Position numbers and translations under genes: made by a program | In this document: one piece after another, positions 62,588 to 64,000 of the stretch | Layout: each line of letters opens with the position of its first letter | Position numbering within the stretch: position 1 is the first letter of the stretch | From: an uncultured Bdellovibrionales bacterium | GTDB lineage: Bacteria > Bdellovibrionota > UBA1018 > CAIPTA01 | Assembly: GCA_964551325.1 (NCBI GenBank) | Contig: CAZKBU010000002.1 | Span: 269,861-333,860 of the forward strand | Length of the DNA stretch: 64,000 bases | Direction: 5' to 3' | Notes under the pieces: model-generated | What the model saw: only the letters and a program-made list of their open reading frames with translations | Databases searched by the model: none | Told to the model about the DNA's origin: nothing

Positions 62588-64000
62588 GACCTTCGGGAAT
62601 ATCAGCCATTGAGGGCGGAATATCCATCATGCCGTGCTCATCATCCGCCACCCAGCCATACTCCCGTTCTTTGCGATAGAGAGTGCGGCGATTGATCCCG
62701 AGCACCTGCGCGGCTTTTTCCTTCCGACCACCCGAGCGATCAAGAACGAGCCGAATGTAACGTTCTTCGAGTTGCGCCAAGGTTGGGAAATCATTCGTGG
62801 CCGATTTGAAGAACTGATCCGGGGAGCCCACTTCCGCGTCAGGAATATCCATCTCGTCGATCCATTCGCTCTGGGCCAATACAACGGTGCGCTCCACGAG
62901 GTTTTCCAGCTCGCGCACGTTGCCTTCCCAGCGCAGCTTCATGAGTTTTGCCATCGCCGGCTTAGTGAAGCCGCGAACCCGAGACCCATTGGCGGCCGAA
63001 TATTTGGCCATGAAGTGCTCGGCAAGAAGCGGAATATCTTCCACCCGGTCCCGAAGGGCAGGAATGGCGATCGGGATCACGCTCAAGCGATAGAAGAGGT
63101 CTTCCCTGAAACGACCTTCGCGGATCGCGGCTTTCAAATCTTTGTGAGTTGCGGCGATGATGCGAACGTCCACATCGATCAAATTGTTGTCGCCCACGGG
63201 GCGAACCTTCCGCTCCTGCAATACGCGAAGAAGCTTAGCCTGAAGCTGGGGACTCATGTCTCCGATTTCGTCGAGAAACAGGGTGCCGCCGGAAGCCTCT
63301 TCGAAGAGACCACGCTTACGCTGAATCGCGCCCGTGAAAGATCCCTTGGCGTGACCAAAGAGTTCGCTCTCCAGAAGGGTTTCGGGAATTGCCGTACAGT
63401 TAATGGCGACAAATGGCTTTGAAGCGCGCGGCCCCGAGTAGTGAACCGCCTTGGCGATCACTTCCTTTCCGGTACCGCTTTCACCGGTGATGAGCACGTT
63501 GGCCGTGCTTTGAGCCACGCGGTTCACAAGATCGAAAATGGCCCGCATCGAAGCGCTTTTCCCGATGATGTTGCCCATCTTAAAGCCCTGTTTCACTTCG
63601 TTACGAAGAAGGGCGTTCTCGCGGGAAAGGCGGCGACGCTCGAGGGCGCGCTCCACGGTGACGCTGATCTCAGCCAGTTTGAAGGGTTTCACGAGGTAGT
63701 GATAGGCGCCGTTCTTCATCGCCTCGATCGCCGTGTCGATAGAGCCAAACGCGGTGATCAGAACCATCGGAACGTCGGGATTCTCTTTCCGCATCTGGCG
63801 GAGAAATTCCATACCGTCCATTTGCGCCATCTTGAGGTCGGTGATGATCAAATCAACATCGGGACCACCGAGCCCATGTGCCTGCTTCTTAAACTCATCC
63901 AGCGCCATCAACGCCAACGGGAAGACCGTCGTGCGATAACCTTCGCTCGTGAGAAAGTCCTGAAGAAGGGCGCGCATCTCGCCATCGTCGTCTACGATCC
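62577..64000 (-). CDS. Sigma-54-dependent response regulator (NtrC family), 5' end beyond window
   Basis: The reading frame continues upstream of the listed Met (in-frame '...IVDDDGEMRALL' is a receiver-domain motif), so the N-terminus is cut by the window edge. AAA+ 'GESGTGKE', the sigma-54 contact motif 'GSFTGA' (GAFTGA), C-terminal Fis-type HTH 'INRRTLYRK'. Confidence 0.9.
   Translation of the reverse strand, partial: IVDDDGEMRALLQDFLTSEGYRTTVFPLALMALDEFKKQAHGLGGPDVDLIITDLKMAQMDGMEFLRQMRKENPDVPMVLITAFGSIDTAIEAMKNGAYHYLVKPFKLAEISVTVERALERRRLSRENALLRNEVKQGFKMGNIIGKSASMRAIFDLVNRVAQSTANVLITGESGTGKEVIAKAVHYSGPRASKPFVAINCTAIPETLLESELFGHAKGSFTGAIQRKRGLFEEASGGTLFLDEIGDMSPQLQAKLLRVLQERKVRPVGDNNLIDVDVRIIAATHKDLKAAIREGRFREDLFYRLSVIPIAIPALRDRVEDIPLLAEHFMAKYSAANGSRVRGFTKPAMAKLMKLRWEGNVRELENLVERTVVLAQSEWIDEMDIPDAEVGSPDQFFKSATNDFPTLAQLEERYIRLVLDRSGGRKEKAAQVLGINRRTLYRKEREYGWVADDEHGMMDIPPSMADIPEGLRV

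Noticed and set aside
63975-63977. ATG listed as the start of the NtrC-family gene
   Set aside because: The frame stays open upstream to the window edge and encodes '...IVDDDGE' of the receiver domain. The true start is outside the window.
1-64000. CRISPR arrays, IS elements, integrases, prophage or plasmid genes, tRNA/rRNA
   Set aside because: No direct-repeat/spacer periodicity, transposase/integrase motifs or stable-RNA signatures were seen. The window reads as core chromosome.

Overview
This 64-kb window is a dense, mostly core-chromosomal stretch of a moderately GC-rich bacterium. The gene content (GatCAB, AsmA, SWIB-domain protein, RRM RNA-binding protein, Spt-like gene, sigma-54/NtrC) hints at a deltaproteobacterial or Bdellovibrionota-like lineage, but that is only an inference. 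I call about 65 protein-coding genes, many with overlapping start/stop codons (ATGA, GTGA) indicating operons. I found no rRNA, tRNA, CRISPR array, transposase or integrase.

Recognisable housekeeping genes, in order:
- htpX (3' end), an MscS-family channel, mazG and a parvulin PPIase in one overlapping operon.
- infA, ddl, then a 14-kb co-directional minus-strand run: glmU, glmS, ClC channel, pcrA/uvrD, gatC, gatA, gatB, AsmA and Ppx/GppA.
- rpsF, a YybS-like membrane protein, rplI and dnaB.
- prfC, phnDCE, psd, metG and feoAB.

Several ORF-track entries are over-extended at the N-terminus (gatB, amidase, MnmC-like, prfC, RluA); I give trimmed starts.

Loci worth a second look:
1. A perfect sigma-54 promoter (TGGCACgttggTTGCt, minus strand, 61107-61122) sits 60 bp upstream of a minus-strand run of secreted proteins and lipoproteins. 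This includes a thermolysin-like M4 metalloprotease with a small secreted partner protein. An NtrC-family activator and a PAS histidine kinase lie next to it, with an 11-bp inverted repeat in candidate enhancer position. A second, orphan sigma-54-like motif (14157-14171) lies in a 380-bp intergenic gap and points antisense into a sigma/anti-sigma pair.
2. A two-gene operon pairs a serine-palmitoyltransferase-like alpha-oxoamine synthase with a protein carrying a GNAT-like C-terminus. This is a candidate compact ceramide or N-acyl lipid module.
3. A divergent acyl-lipid cluster encodes KAS III, an acyl-CoA ligase and acyltransferase-3 on one strand, and FabG-like plus two alpha/beta hydrolases on the other.
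4. A B12-binding radical SAM / MBL-hydrolase / SDR operon has no known target.
5. A eukaryote-like SWIB/MDM2-domain protein with a histone-H1-like lysine tail is flanked by a repeat-dense regulatory region.
6. A tRNA-modification mini-locus holds a MnmC methyltransferase-only domain and a short DTW-domain protein.
7. The rpsF-rplI arrangement lacks ssb and rpsR.

All functional calls come from reading motifs by eye. No database search or computation was run.
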